This document shows positions 14,429 through 22,450 of a DNA stretch of 32,000 nt, one piece after another. The first letter of the stretch is position 1. Each line of letters begins with the position of its first letter. Both the position numbers and the translations under genes were made by a program. This DNA comes from Pseudothioglobus sp. nBUS_23 (lineage in GTDB: Bacteria > Pseudomonadota > Gammaproteobacteria > PS1 > Pseudothioglobaceae): contig NZ_CP179200.1 in the NCBI RefSeq assembly GCF_051201565.1, forward strand, positions 90,001 through 122,000, given 5' to 3'. A model generated the notes under the pieces. The model was given only the letters and a program-made list of their open reading frames with translations. It was not told the DNA's origin and did not search any database.

Positions 14429-15532
14429 ATGTGTCTTATTTTAAATTTTTTATACTTTATGAAAATAAGTTATTTTTTCAAAGCAAGTTTTTTAAAGTTT
14501 ATTAGTCGAAAAAAGTCGAGATCAATAAACCTAGATAAATCACAAAAAATCTTAATTTTGATGAATCAAAAAATTGGAGATATGGTGGTTTGCAGCCCCA
14601 TAATACGTGAAATTAGAAAATCATACCCCAAATCAAAAATACACGTATTGGCTAGCGAGGTTAATAAAGAAATTGCAATCTGTAACCCTTATATTGATGA
14701 AGTTCATATATATAAAAATCAATGGCAAAAATTAATGCCACTTTTGCTTCAACTCCGCAAAATAAATTTTGATCTTGCAATAGAGCTAGAATATCAAGTA
14801 GTGTCAAAGATTATTATTTTGCTAAAAATTGTTAAACCAAACTGCATTATTGCAGTTAGTAAATGTGTCGGAAGATATGGTATGGGTCCTCAAGATATTG
14901 AGCCATATGATCACTATACCAACTCAAAACTTACTCATCAGCGTGATACATGTTTAGACGTACTAAGATTGATGAATATTAAAGCTACAGACAAATCTTA
15001 TGATGTCTTCTACCCAGAAATTAACAAATCTGAGGCATTATCATTTCTTTCGTCGTTTGATAGAGAAAATTTTTTTATTGGTTTTAATATTGAGGGTTCC
15101 AGTGCTGAAAAAAGAATCACCGATGAAGATGTAAAAAGTATTATTATGAATCTTCACTCAAGATTCAATAATTTGATAATTATCTTAATTCATAAGCCAG
15201 ATGAGCTAGACTCAATTAAAAAGTTAATACCCAAAGAAAGTTCTTCAAACACATTTCCAAGCTATCCCACTAAGTCTATTCATGACCTAGCGGCAATTAT
15301 TGATAGTCTTGATCTGATTATTTCTCCTGACACATCTGTTGTTCACATAGCTTGTGCTTTCAATAAGCCTCTTGTATCAATTTATAGAAATAATATGCCA
15401 CTTTTTAATATTTGGCATCCAATTTCAGAATGCAATAAGGTAGTTTTTTCTAAGTATCCAGATAGTCTCAAAGGAATTGATATTCAGATTATTGGTAATT
15501 ATGCTTCAGAATTAATTAAAGATTCTGCATAA
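14429..15532 (+). CDS. Glycosyltransferase family 9 (heptosyltransferase-like)
   Basis: KILILMNQKIGDMVVCSPIIREIRKSYPKSKIHVLAS matches the GT9 N-terminal IGD..L..P pattern. DTSVVHIACAFNKPLVSIY matches the C-terminal D(S/T)GP.H.A.A...P pattern. The true start may be the ATG at 14459. Confidence 0.75.
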   Translation: MCLILNFLYFMKISYFFKASFLKFISRKKSRSINLDKSQKILILMNQKIGDMVVCSPIIREIRKSYPKSKIHVLASEVNKEIAICNPYIDEVHIYKNQWQKLMPLLLQLRKINFDLAIELEYQVVSKIIILLKIVKPNCIIAVSKCVGRYGMGPQDIEPYDHYTNSKLTHQRDTCLDVLRLMNIKATDKSYDVFYPEINKSEALSFLSSFDRENFFIGFNIEGSSAEKRITDEDVKSIIMNLHSRFNNLIIILIHKPDELDSIKKLIPKESSSNTFPSYPTKSIHDLAAIIDSLDLIISPDTSVVHIACAFNKPLVSIYRNNMPLFNIWHPISECNKVVFSKYPDSLKGIDIQIIGNYASELIKDSA

Positions 15533-15636
15533 CCTTCTTTAGAGATATGTTGCTATATCTTTGAAAGTTTTTACTCTTTATCTAAAAAACTCCATTTCTT
15601 CACTAGCTTTCTTGTGCAATCTTTTAGAATTGACTT

Positions 15637-15951
15637 ATGAAAATTAAATATTTATTAGTATTTATTAGTTGTCTTTTTGGTGTTTCATTAGCAAACAATC
15701 TTGATGATTGGTCTAATGAGGACCTCTGCAGGTGGGTTGAGGCTGTCTCAGTGCCAGACCCAATTTTATTTGAGATAGAGGTCAGAGAGCTAGCATGTTT
15801 TTCAAATCTTGATGTAAGCGATAACTCTATTCAAGAACCCTATGCCGCAGAACATGGAACAGTATTTCCTTCACCTTCATCTAATAATGGCTCCAACAAA
15901 AATTCAGAGAGCGGCATAAGGTTCATTTTCAATTACAGGGTTAAATTATAA
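15637..15951 (+). CDS. Small secreted Cys-pair protein, paralog 1 (DDWSNxDLCxW family)
   Basis: The signal peptide MKIKYLLVFISCLFGVSLA is followed by NNLDDWSNEDLCRWVEAVSVPDPILFEIEVRELAC...GTVFPSPS. It is paralogous to 18483..18779 and, more distantly, to 20542..20892. Confidence 0.7.
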   Translation: MKIKYLLVFISCLFGVSLANNLDDWSNEDLCRWVEAVSVPDPILFEIEVRELACFSNLDVSDNSIQEPYAAEHGTVFPSPSSNNGSNKNSESGIRFIFNYRVKL

Positions 15952-15960
15952 AAAATAGCG

Positions 15961-16170
15961 ATGAGTGGACAAAGAAGATTCTTAAGGGTTTGGGCTAGAA
16001 CAGTTGGGATGCCAATCGGTCTTAATGATGAAGATAAGCCCGAGTTTTTACCTATTGCCCAAACAGATGTGAAGAAAGCTCTCCTCTTTAGAACGTTTTG
16101 GATTGTTCTTCATGTGGTTACATGTGTTCTTATTATTGCTGGAAATGGTAGAGTGCTTTCCTGGTGGTAA
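15961..16170 (+). CDS. Hypothetical 69-aa protein with one C-terminal TM segment
   Basis: The ORF ends 4 nt before the likely CIA30 start at 16175. The hydrophobic segment is FWIVLHVVTCVLIIAG. No family is recognised. Confidence 0.35.
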   Translation: MSGQRRFLRVWARTVGMPIGLNDEDKPEFLPIAQTDVKKALLFRTFWIVLHVVTCVLIIAGNGRVLSWW

Positions 16171-16174
16171 AAGA

Positions 16175-16756
16175 ATGAAAGCAATACTGTTAGTTTTGTT
16201 AGTTCTTACTCAATCAGTTACTTATGCCCAAGACATTCTTGAATTTCCTATTGAGCCAAAGATGGCAAAAGAATGGAAATATCAGAGTGATCAAGTGATG
16301 GGGGGTGTATCTAAAGGGAGTACTTCATTAATGCAAGATGGAGATATGTTTTATTTAAGACTTACTGGTGATGTAAGCACAAAGAATAATGGAGGATTTG
16401 TTCAATTTAGATCAAAAGTATCATTATTCAATAAACCGGAGATGTTCCAATTAATCCATAAAGCTAATAAAGAGGGCAAAGGCCTTGAAGGGGTTAGGCT
16501 TAATGTTAGGGGGAATGGCGAGACTTATCATGTCATGATTAGAACTTATTTAACCTGGTCTCCGAGCGACTATTATTATCACACATTTGAAACAAGTCCT
16601 AATTGGCAGCAAGTGGATTTACCTTTTAACAAATTTAAAAGCTCAAAATACAGACAGAGAGGTCTAGAAGTTAATCAGATAAGAGATTTCTCTGTTGTTG
16701 CCTATGGTCGCGATTTCAGGTCCGATGTATCAGTCTCTGAAATTAGTTTTTATTAA
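16175..16756 (+). CDS. CIA30 (complex I intermediate-associated protein 30-like) domain protein with signal peptide
   Basis: DQVMGGVSKGSTSL...GDVSTKNNGGFVQFRS is the CIA30 hallmark. The start was moved to the internal Met (MKAILLVLLVLTQSVTYAQD), which gives a clean signal peptide. The track ORF begins at 16103. Confidence 0.75.
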   Translation: MKAILLVLLVLTQSVTYAQDILEFPIEPKMAKEWKYQSDQVMGGVSKGSTSLMQDGDMFYLRLTGDVSTKNNGGFVQFRSKVSLFNKPEMFQLIHKANKEGKGLEGVRLNVRGNGETYHVMIRTYLTWSPSDYYYHTFETSPNWQQVDLPFNKFKSSKYRQRGLEVNQIRDFSVVAYGRDFRSDVSVSEISFY

Positions 16757-16786
16757 CAATTAGTTGGGCAAAATCACTCAACTAGC

Positions 16787-16987
16787 TTAAAGGAAATTGT
16801 TAGATTTCTTCTTCTTTTCTTTGATCCAGCGAACCCTTTTTCGCCAAAGCTTATAAGAATTAGGCCTAAGATTTGCCTGCATAATACGTTTAACTTCTGG
16901 CTCTTTGATTCCAATCTCTTTTTCAATATCTGAGAAAGTGACATCATCGCTCCAAGCCATCTCAATAACCTCATTGATATTAATCAT
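16787..16987 (-). CDS. DUF2805 / TIGR03643-family small protein
   Basis: AWSDDVTFSDIEKEIGIKEPEVKRIMQANLRPNSYKLWRKRV matches the conserved AW.D..PF..I...FG..E.EV...MR..L.P.SF.LWRKRV pattern as I recall it. Confidence 0.75.
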   Translation of the reverse strand: MININEVIEMAWSDDVTFSDIEKEIGIKEPEVKRIMQANLRPNSYKLWRKRVRWIKEKKKKSNNFL

Positions 16988-17157
16988 ATGGCATTATCTA
17001 CGTTCATTAGTATTGGCCTTCCATCAGGCGTATTGAGGGGAATAATTTTTCCATTGTATTTGGCGCAAAGAGTCGGACTGTTTTGTTTGTTATCTCCAAG
17101 ATTGACCTCGAGATCTACCAATACTAACGCTGCATCTAATAAATCAAGTATTTTCAT
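16984..17157 (-). CDS. Unannotated 57-aa ORF translationally coupled on both sides (ATGA overlaps)
   Basis: Translates as MKILDLLDAALVLVDLEVNLGDNKQNSPTLCAKYNGKIIPLNTPDGRPILMNVDNAI*. Its ATG overlaps the TGA of the 402-aa ORF (caATGa at 17154..17157). Its TGA overlaps the ATG of the DUF2805 gene (ATGA at 16984..16987). The SD AAGGAGAA lies upstream. It falls below the size cutoff of the supplied track. Confidence 0.6.
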   Translation of the reverse strand: MKILDLLDAALVLVDLEVNLGDNKQNSPTLCAKYNGKIIPLNTPDGRPILMNVDNAI

Positions 17158-18362
17158 TGCTTCTCCTTATATGTTTTGTTTTCTATTGCTTTGTCTGGTT
17201 CAACATTAATCAGTGCAGAGTCTATTAAATCGCACTCCTGAAGAAAAATCTTATCATCATTTGTATGACTCAAAACATCAGGTGATGTTAGTATTGCTTG
17301 ATCCTTTAGAGGGTAAGCTGACCCATAGTGAATGTATTTTTTAATATCTTCAAAGGGGCTAGTTGTTTGAATTAGATTTCTGTTAACAAGCTCTGAAGTC
17401 AGATAATTGAGTGAGGCCCAGGACATACCATCTGCCAACTCCCAGTTGTAATCAAATGTGCCTTTGATGTAACCAGTCTCTAATAAAGAGCTGAAAAGTT
17501 TAAAGGCAAACCCCTCTCCAAATGGACTATCTGCACTGTTTCTAATTTTTGGCACCCTATCCTCTAAATAGTGATTTTTATATGCCCATTCATTAAACTT
17601 TATTGATGAGAGCCTATCACTAAAATCTGACGGTTGACCTCTTGTGGCTAATCTTTCAATGAGGACATATTCCTCTTTTTGTTTCAAATACCATTCCAAG
17701 TGCCCATAGCCATCATTGGAATATAAGTTGCTGTTGACTAGCAGTTTGTTTCCTTGGTAGTCTTGATACTCGACACTGTCAGTCTCAAACAGCCTTTCAC
17801 TGAGACTGAAGTTTTCAAAGCCTGTTGTGCCTTGAACCGATGGACTCAACCCAAGAAGCACAAAGAGTGCCTCTTCTATTCTTGTGGCTTGTGTTTGAGA
17901 AACTCTCCTCATATCAAAGCGCTCTTTCTCTAATTTGTTGAGCCTAAATTCCCATTTTTGATAGTATTTATTCCAGACCTTAAAAAATGTTGAATAAGAC
18001 TTGTCAAGTTCATAGGATGTCCAGGTGCCGCTTTGCTCATTATCACTGTTACCTTCTACTGACGGATGGGCTGTAATAGTCTCATTTTCAATTGAGATGC
18101 TTTTAGGATTATAAAAGCAATGATAATCTGAGATCTCAATCCACCCATGTTGTGAATATATTTCTCTCCACTTTTCAAAAGAAATATTTTCATTTTTAAT
18201 TTTTCCAAAGGCTCTTTTATCTGATTTTTCTTTCCAGTAATCAACAATATTTTTAACAAGTCCTAGCTCATGCCTTAGCTCTTTTATTGTCTCTTGAGTG
18301 GGTGCACGAGTAACAGTTAGCTTCATTTCACCATCAAATTTTTTACGTGATAATTCAATCAT
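17154..18362 (-). CDS. Hypothetical 402-aa soluble protein, Trp/Tyr-rich, no family recognised
   Basis: Long uninterrupted ORF with no TM segment or signal peptide. It is the first gene of an ATGA-coupled three-gene unit. Confidence 0.7.
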   Translation of the reverse strand: MIELSRKKFDGEMKLTVTRAPTQETIKELRHELGLVKNIVDYWKEKSDKRAFGKIKNENISFEKWREIYSQHGWIEISDYHCFYNPKSISIENETITAHPSVEGNSDNEQSGTWTSYELDKSYSTFFKVWNKYYQKWEFRLNKLEKERFDMRRVSQTQATRIEEALFVLLGLSPSVQGTTGFENFSLSERLFETDSVEYQDYQGNKLLVNSNLYSNDGYGHLEWYLKQKEEYVLIERLATRGQPSDFSDRLSSIKFNEWAYKNHYLEDRVPKIRNSADSPFGEGFAFKLFSSLLETGYIKGTFDYNWELADGMSWASLNYLTSELVNRNLIQTTSPFEDIKKYIHYGSAYPLKDQAILTSPDVLSHTNDDKIFLQECDLIDSALINVEPDKAIENKTYKEKQ

Positions 18363-18482
18363 TAGCTTTGCTGAAAAAAGTTACACTTGAAATAAGATTT
18401 TCATTTAGAAAACACATAATTTACATTTAAAAAAAAATAAATTAGCATATATTTGATGTTTTTTTAATAAAAACCCATTTTG

Positions 18483-18779
18483 ATGAAAAAAATATTAGTA
18501 ACTTTCCTGGCTGTAGGTTTCACTAGCAAAATTTATGCGGCATATCTTGATGACTGGTCTAATGATGATCTGTGTGGATGGATGGACTCTGCTAGCACGC
18601 CTGAATATATTCAAAAAGAAGTGGAGAAAAGAGAAATACTCTGTTATGGCAGCGTTGAAGTTGCCTCTTTGCCTACTGAAGTAAATCTTTCATTAGAGAG
18701 TGGAACAGTTTTCCCTTCACCTGATCCAGATCTAATTAAAGAAGTCAGCCCTGACAAAGATAAGTCTTATTCCTATTAA
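18483..18779 (+). CDS. Small secreted Cys-pair protein, paralog 2 (DDWSNxDLCxW family)
   Basis: Reads MKKILVTFLAVGFTSKIYA-AYLDDWSNDDLCGWMDSASTPEYIQKEVEKREILC...GTVFPSPDP. The start was placed at the ATG at 18483; the track begins at the TTG at 18480. Confidence 0.7.
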   Translation: MKKILVTFLAVGFTSKIYAAYLDDWSNDDLCGWMDSASTPEYIQKEVEKREILCYGSVEVASLPTEVNLSLESGTVFPSPDPDLIKEVSPDKDKSYSY

Positions 18780-18816
18780 TTTATTTCTAGCATAGCATTG
18801 TATTTTAATATTTAGA

Positions 18817-19389
18817 TTAATCACTCAAACGAAATGGCGGATACTCGTCTGTTGTTAATAGAAGAGCAAATGCACTCACTCTCAGTGTCCATCTTAAAAA
18901 ACCCTCAACAAAGTTAAAGATGCTTTTAGGATATTTTCCTGTAAATAAAATGGCTATTAATGCAAAAATTGTAGAGAGTACAACTCCGATAAAGAGGAAG
19001 ATAAGAATAATGATGTGAGGGATAACCAGTATCCATTTAACAAGTGGCATCCATCTCTTTAAATCATTTTTAACGTCAGGGTAAGGAACGTCAATCTGAA
19101 CTGATTGATCGTGATCTGTTGACGGGTACTCATCCCTCATGAGAAAAACATATGCAGCGATTCTGTAGGTAAATTTAGTGATACCAATATGCCATTCAAA
19201 CCACCATTTGGGATACTTTTCTTTAAAGAGTATCATCATTGCAATAGCTAATGACAGAGCTTCAGCATAGGTTGAAATTAGTGCAAGAATGATGACAATG
19301 GGGATGACAAGAATTAGTCTAAAGATTGCCGTTAGGCGATTAGAGGATTCTGAGTAGTCAATATTCAGCTTTACTGGGTATTCTTTCAT
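18817..19389 (-). CDS. DUF4389 family membrane protein (two tandem halves)
   Basis: NRLTAIFRLILVIPIVIILALIS plus a repeated half (RWMPLVKWILVIPHIIILIFL). Each half ends in a DEYP motif (RDEYPSTD, TDEYPPFRL), which is typical of DUF4389. Confidence 0.7.
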   Translation of the reverse strand: MKEYPVKLNIDYSESSNRLTAIFRLILVIPIVIILALISTYAEALSLAIAMMILFKEKYPKWWFEWHIGITKFTYRIAAYVFLMRDEYPSTDHDQSVQIDVPYPDVKNDLKRWMPLVKWILVIPHIIILIFLFIGVVLSTIFALIAILFTGKYPKSIFNFVEGFLRWTLRVSAFALLLTTDEYPPFRLSD

Positions 19390-19401
19390 ATTTATGCCTG
19401 A

Positions 19402-19557
19402 TTATTTAATAAATTCTAAATAGATAATATAGCCTAATATTGTTAACCATATTAGACCTACTTGATCACTATTTCTATTAGAGTTTCGTTCAAGTTTTTC
19501 TAAATTATCATCAATACTATTTATTTGTTGTATGAGATGATTTTCATCATTTATCAT
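19402..19557 (-). CDS. Unannotated 51-aa ORF with C-terminal TM segment
   Basis: Translates as MINDENHLIQQINSIDDNLEKLERNSNRNSDQVGLIWLTILGYIIYLEFIK*. The SD AAGAGGAA lies 5 nt upstream. It overlaps the end of the 63-aa ORF by 11 nt and ends 12 nt before the DUF4389 start. Confidence 0.45.
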   Translation of the reverse strand: MINDENHLIQQINSIDDNLEKLERNSNRNSDQVGLIWLTILGYIIYLEFIK

Positions 19558-19738
19558 TTTGATTCCTCTTAAATGTTTCGTTAAATATTGCGTCTACCCT
19601 TCTATTAAATTCATCTTGAGTATAGAGATCAATAAATAAACCCTGCACATATTCTTTAAATTTTCGAGTTTTTTCTTGATGCCTTATGAGCTCCTCTTGA
19701 GTGCCTTTTATATTTGGATCTAGCTCTGATATTTCCAT
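19547..19738 (-). CDS. Hypothetical 63-aa helical protein
   Basis: A strong SD (AGGAGG) lies 5 nt upstream, between the HTH gene and the 51-aa ORF. Confidence 0.6.
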   Translation of the reverse strand: MEISELDPNIKGTQEELIRHQEKTRKFKEYVQGLFIDLYTQDEFNRRVDAIFNETFKRNQNDK

Positions 19739-19757
19739 TACTTCCTCCTGATAAAAA

Positions 19758-19976
19758 TTACTGGTTTATAAAAAAAACTTCTTGTATCTCCCTATCAAAA
19801 GCTAGCGCAATCTTAAACGCTAGATCTAATGATGGGGTGTATTTGTATTTTTCAATGGCGACGATAGTCTGTCGTGACACACCAACTTCTTCTGCTAGCT
19901 GCTGTTGAGTCATCTCATCGTTATTAAATCTGAGCTTTCTCACTGCATTTTTAATTTGAATTTTTTTCTTAAACAT
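19758..19976 (-). CDS. XRE/Cro-type helix-turn-helix transcriptional regulator (YozG-like short form)
   Basis: MTQQQLAEEVGVSRQTIVAIEKYKYTPSLDLAFKIALAF is a canonical HTH_3 pattern. Confidence 0.85.
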   Translation of the reverse strand: MFKKKIQIKNAVRKLRFNNDEMTQQQLAEEVGVSRQTIVAIEKYKYTPSLDLAFKIALAFDREIQEVFFINQ

Positions 19977-19978
19977 CT

Positions 19979-20443
19979 CTACCTGTAGAGGTAAATCTTT
20001 AATAGTAGACTCAAAATACTTGCTATAAATCCTGAAAAAGTGATAGCAATAAGGCCTGAAATGATTGTAAGATTAAACCATCCCAATAAGACAAGAGTAG
20101 CTACAATTGATATTCCAAAAATTGCACTACTCACTTGAAGTGCATAGAGTTCAAAAATTTTATCTCTTTCATCATCAATATCTTCTTCGTATTGTCCTGT
20201 GATAATTGAAGACAGTATATTGAAGATGATATGAAGAGCAATAATTAGAATAATACTGCCTCCAATTCCCTGGGCTAGAACTTTAGAAACAGCTTGAATA
20301 GTCATTAATGAGGCCTCTGTTAGGTTAAGCCACATCCAAATCATCGCAAGTGATGCTCCAGTTATTTCAGCTAAAGTATTTCTAATTTTTATGTTCATTA
20401 GTTTTTGTAAATTGTTCTTAAAAATGTAAAGTATACCATACAT
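19979..20443 (-). CDS. Four-TM membrane protein immediately upstream of the XRE regulator (DUF2178-like context)
   Basis: The 154-aa product has four hydrophobic segments, and its stop is 2 nt from the HTH start. The pairing of a small membrane protein with a YozG-type HTH is a common conserved pair. The family assignment is inferred from context only. Confidence 0.6.
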   Translation of the reverse strand: MYGILYIFKNNLQKLMNIKIRNTLAEITGASLAMIWMWLNLTEASLMTIQAVSKVLAQGIGGSIILIIALHIIFNILSSIITGQYEEDIDDERDKIFELYALQVSSAIFGISIVATLVLLGWFNLTIISGLIAITFSGFIASILSLLLKIYLYR

Positions 20444-20541
20444 AATGTTATAAATATTTTACTTAATGTAAAAAAAAACATACACTATATTTTTTTAAAA
20501 AAATTAAGATATAGTTCCTAGTGACTTATAATTATTTAATA

Positions 20542-20892
20542 ATGAAAGCAGCCCTATTTATTTCTCTCACTTTAACTTTAAAAATTGCATATGCTGCTCT
20601 CGAGGTCAGTGGTTTTAGTGATAATCAGCTTTGTATGTTTGCTAAAGACCCTCCAATCTCTGAAGAGGTGTTATCTCAAATAAATGAAAGAGCAATTATC
20701 TGCGAAGATGGTATTGCAATTGATGAATCAGAAATTTTGATCAATAAAGCATCTGCTAGAGCTATTAAACTTCAAAAGTGGAATAGGATGCTAAGAGGAA
20801 AGGGGCCAGTCTATTCAACGCGCTCAGGTACAAATTTTAAGATTGATACTCTTGGTGAAGAAAAATCAATAACAATCGATAGGACATTCTAA
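20542..20892 (+). CDS. Small secreted Cys-pair protein, distant paralog 3
   Basis: Reads MKAALFISLTLTLKIAYA-ALEVSGFSDNQLCMFAKDPPISEEVLSQINERAIIC. It has the same [WF]S(D/N)xxLCx[WF]..P..I..E...R...C spacing as 15637 and 18483. The start was placed at the ATG at 20542; the track starts at the GTG at 20521. Confidence 0.6.
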   Translation: MKAALFISLTLTLKIAYAALEVSGFSDNQLCMFAKDPPISEEVLSQINERAIICEDGIAIDESEILINKASARAIKLQKWNRMLRGKGPVYSTRSGTNFKIDTLGEEKSITIDRTF

Positions 20893-20949
20893 AGATTTCT
20901 TTTTTATTGATTAGACTTACCAAATAAATCTCATTACACTAATGCTATT

Positions 20950-21141
20950 ATGGCAAGAGGTCAAAAATCATTTCAGCATTTAAATAAATCACCTGTTAAT
21001 GATGATGAAATCTATATGATGGTGATGCTTTACACCTATCAACATAAAAGCTTAGAGTATTTGGCGCGTAAATTTAATATAAGCTCCTCTGTGGCAAAGG
21101 AAATTATTATTCGGAGTCGTTTTGGAGGCACCTGTGGTTAG
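20950..21141 (+). CDS. Hypothetical 63-aa protein, possible small HTH
   Basis: SLEYLARKFNISSSVAKEIIIRS looks like a helix-turn-helix. No family is recognised. Confidence 0.4.
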   Translation: MARGQKSFQHLNKSPVNDDEIYMMVMLYTYQHKSLEYLARKFNISSSVAKEIIIRSRFGGTCG

Positions 21142-21152
21142 AGCCTCCTTTG
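21125..21152 (+). terminator. Possible weak intrinsic terminator
   Basis: GGAGGC (21125..21130) and GCCTCC (21143..21148) form a 6-bp GC-rich stem with a 12-nt loop, followed by TTTG. It overlaps the end of the 20950..21141 ORF. Confidence 0.3.
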
Positions 21153-21221
21153 AAATAAAATTCTTTATCTAAAGAACTCATAATCTACATGTAATCTTCA
21201 TTTCACATCTCTAGAATGTGA

Positions 21222-21653
21222 ATGATGAAAAAATTAGTATTGGTTATTTTAACAATTCTTTCTCTTGGGGTTCATGCTGACTTGAAGAGAGCTATTGCAT
21301 TCGATCAAGCTGGTGAGTACGAAAAAGCTGCCAAAGAGCTTTTCAAAATAAGCCAACTAGCAACTAGAGGCCATCCTAGAGCGATGTATGAATTTGGTAC
21401 GATGTACATGAAAGAGGGAATGTGGGTAGTTCAGAGCGATGAAGCTGGCTTTGATTGGTGGATGAAATCGGCAAATCTTGGTTATGCTCCTGCACAGTTT
21501 TCGATTGGCGCTTCTTACATCGGTGGTATTGGTGTAAATAGGGATCTTATTGAGGCAAAAAAATGGCTTGAAAAAGCTATTAATAGCACCTATGAAAAAT
21601 ATAGCAAGGTTGCTAAAGAGCTTTACACCTTGAATGAATTAGACAAAATTTAA
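21222..21653 (+). CDS. Sel1-like (TPR-family) repeat protein with signal peptide
   Basis: GHPRAMYEFGTMYMKEG...GFDWWMKSANLGYAPAQFSIGASYIGGIGVNRDLIEAKKWLEKAI shows Sel1 repeat consensus features (A...lG.my..G.gv..d...A..W..kAA). The N-terminus MMKKLVLVILTILSLGVHA is a signal peptide. Confidence 0.8.
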   Translation: MMKKLVLVILTILSLGVHADLKRAIAFDQAGEYEKAAKELFKISQLATRGHPRAMYEFGTMYMKEGMWVVQSDEAGFDWWMKSANLGYAPAQFSIGASYIGGIGVNRDLIEAKKWLEKAINSTYEKYSKVAKELYTLNELDKI

Positions 21654-22013
21654 ATACTCTAATAAGCCAAAGTGAGATTGGTATGAAAGACCCGCAGCAA
21701 GAATTCTCACATCAAAGCTATTAAGACGCGTCGGCTTTGAAAGTCTTGCTGTATTCTCTCTAGCTAGTTACTAACTCTGATTGAATCTTTAACATTGAGT
21801 TAAATGGCAGGGATTTATTTCCACAAAAAAAGAAGAGCATTTAATAATCGCTTTAGGAGAAAGTAATTTTTAAATTTGTCCCTGCCATTGAAATTAGTAT
21901 ACTAAATTTATAAGCCATAATGAACCTATTTTTTTTAAGTGATGAATTCATTTTTGACTTAGTAGATTTATCTGTGGCATAATAAAATTCCATTCAATAA
22001 TAAGGGGAACACT

Positions 22014-22382
22014 ATGAGTTTATCTTTAGTTTTTAGACTTCAGGCTGCTTTATTTACCTTTTTTGGAGCTATGATGCTGCTTGCACCTGGTGCGTTAATG
22101 GGAAGCTTCAATGTTGAAGCGAGTGCTATTGCAGAGGATATTATGAGAGGCATGTCGTTAATGGCTTTGGGTATGGCCTATATTAGTTGGCAAATGCCTA
22201 GCTGGGCCAGTGAAAATATCAAGTCAGTGGGTATGTTTTTTGCCATTCTGCATGCACTATGGGTGCCCTTAACTTTGTTTCAAATAAGTACGGGCGCATT
22301 TCCAGCTGGTGCGGCCAACATCATTGGCAATATTGCCCCTGATGTCGTTTTAGCAATTTTATTTTATTGGAAATCTAGATAA
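22014..22382 (+). CDS. Hypothetical 4-TM membrane protein
   Basis: The 122-aa product is hydrophobic, has a GGGGAA SD-like sequence upstream, and is followed by a clear terminator. Confidence 0.6.
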   Translation: MSLSLVFRLQAALFTFFGAMMLLAPGALMGSFNVEASAIAEDIMRGMSLMALGMAYISWQMPSWASENIKSVGMFFAILHALWVPLTLFQISTGAFPAGAANIIGNIAPDVVLAILFYWKSR

Positions 22383-22401
22383 AATTTAAAAAAATAAGAT
22401 T

Positions 22402-22429
22402 AAGGCTCTAATACTTAGGGCCTTTTTTC
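22402..22429 (+). terminator. Rho-independent terminator
   Basis: AAGGCTCTA-ATACT-TAGGGCCTT forms a 9-bp stem with one G-U pair, followed by TTTTT. Confidence 0.7.
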
Positions 22430-22450
22430 AGTTGAGAGAGCGAGGTCACA

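Noticed and set aside
16774-16974. Alternative 66-aa minus-strand ORF overlapping the DUF2805 gene.
   Set aside because: The 16787..16987 frame contains the conserved DUF2805 signature, and the alternative frame does not.
16988-17209. 73-aa + strand ORF between the DUF2805 gene and the 402-aa ORF.
   Set aside because: The opposite strand carries a 57-aa ORF with an SD and ATGA coupling to both neighbours. The + strand ORF has no RBS and low-complexity composition.
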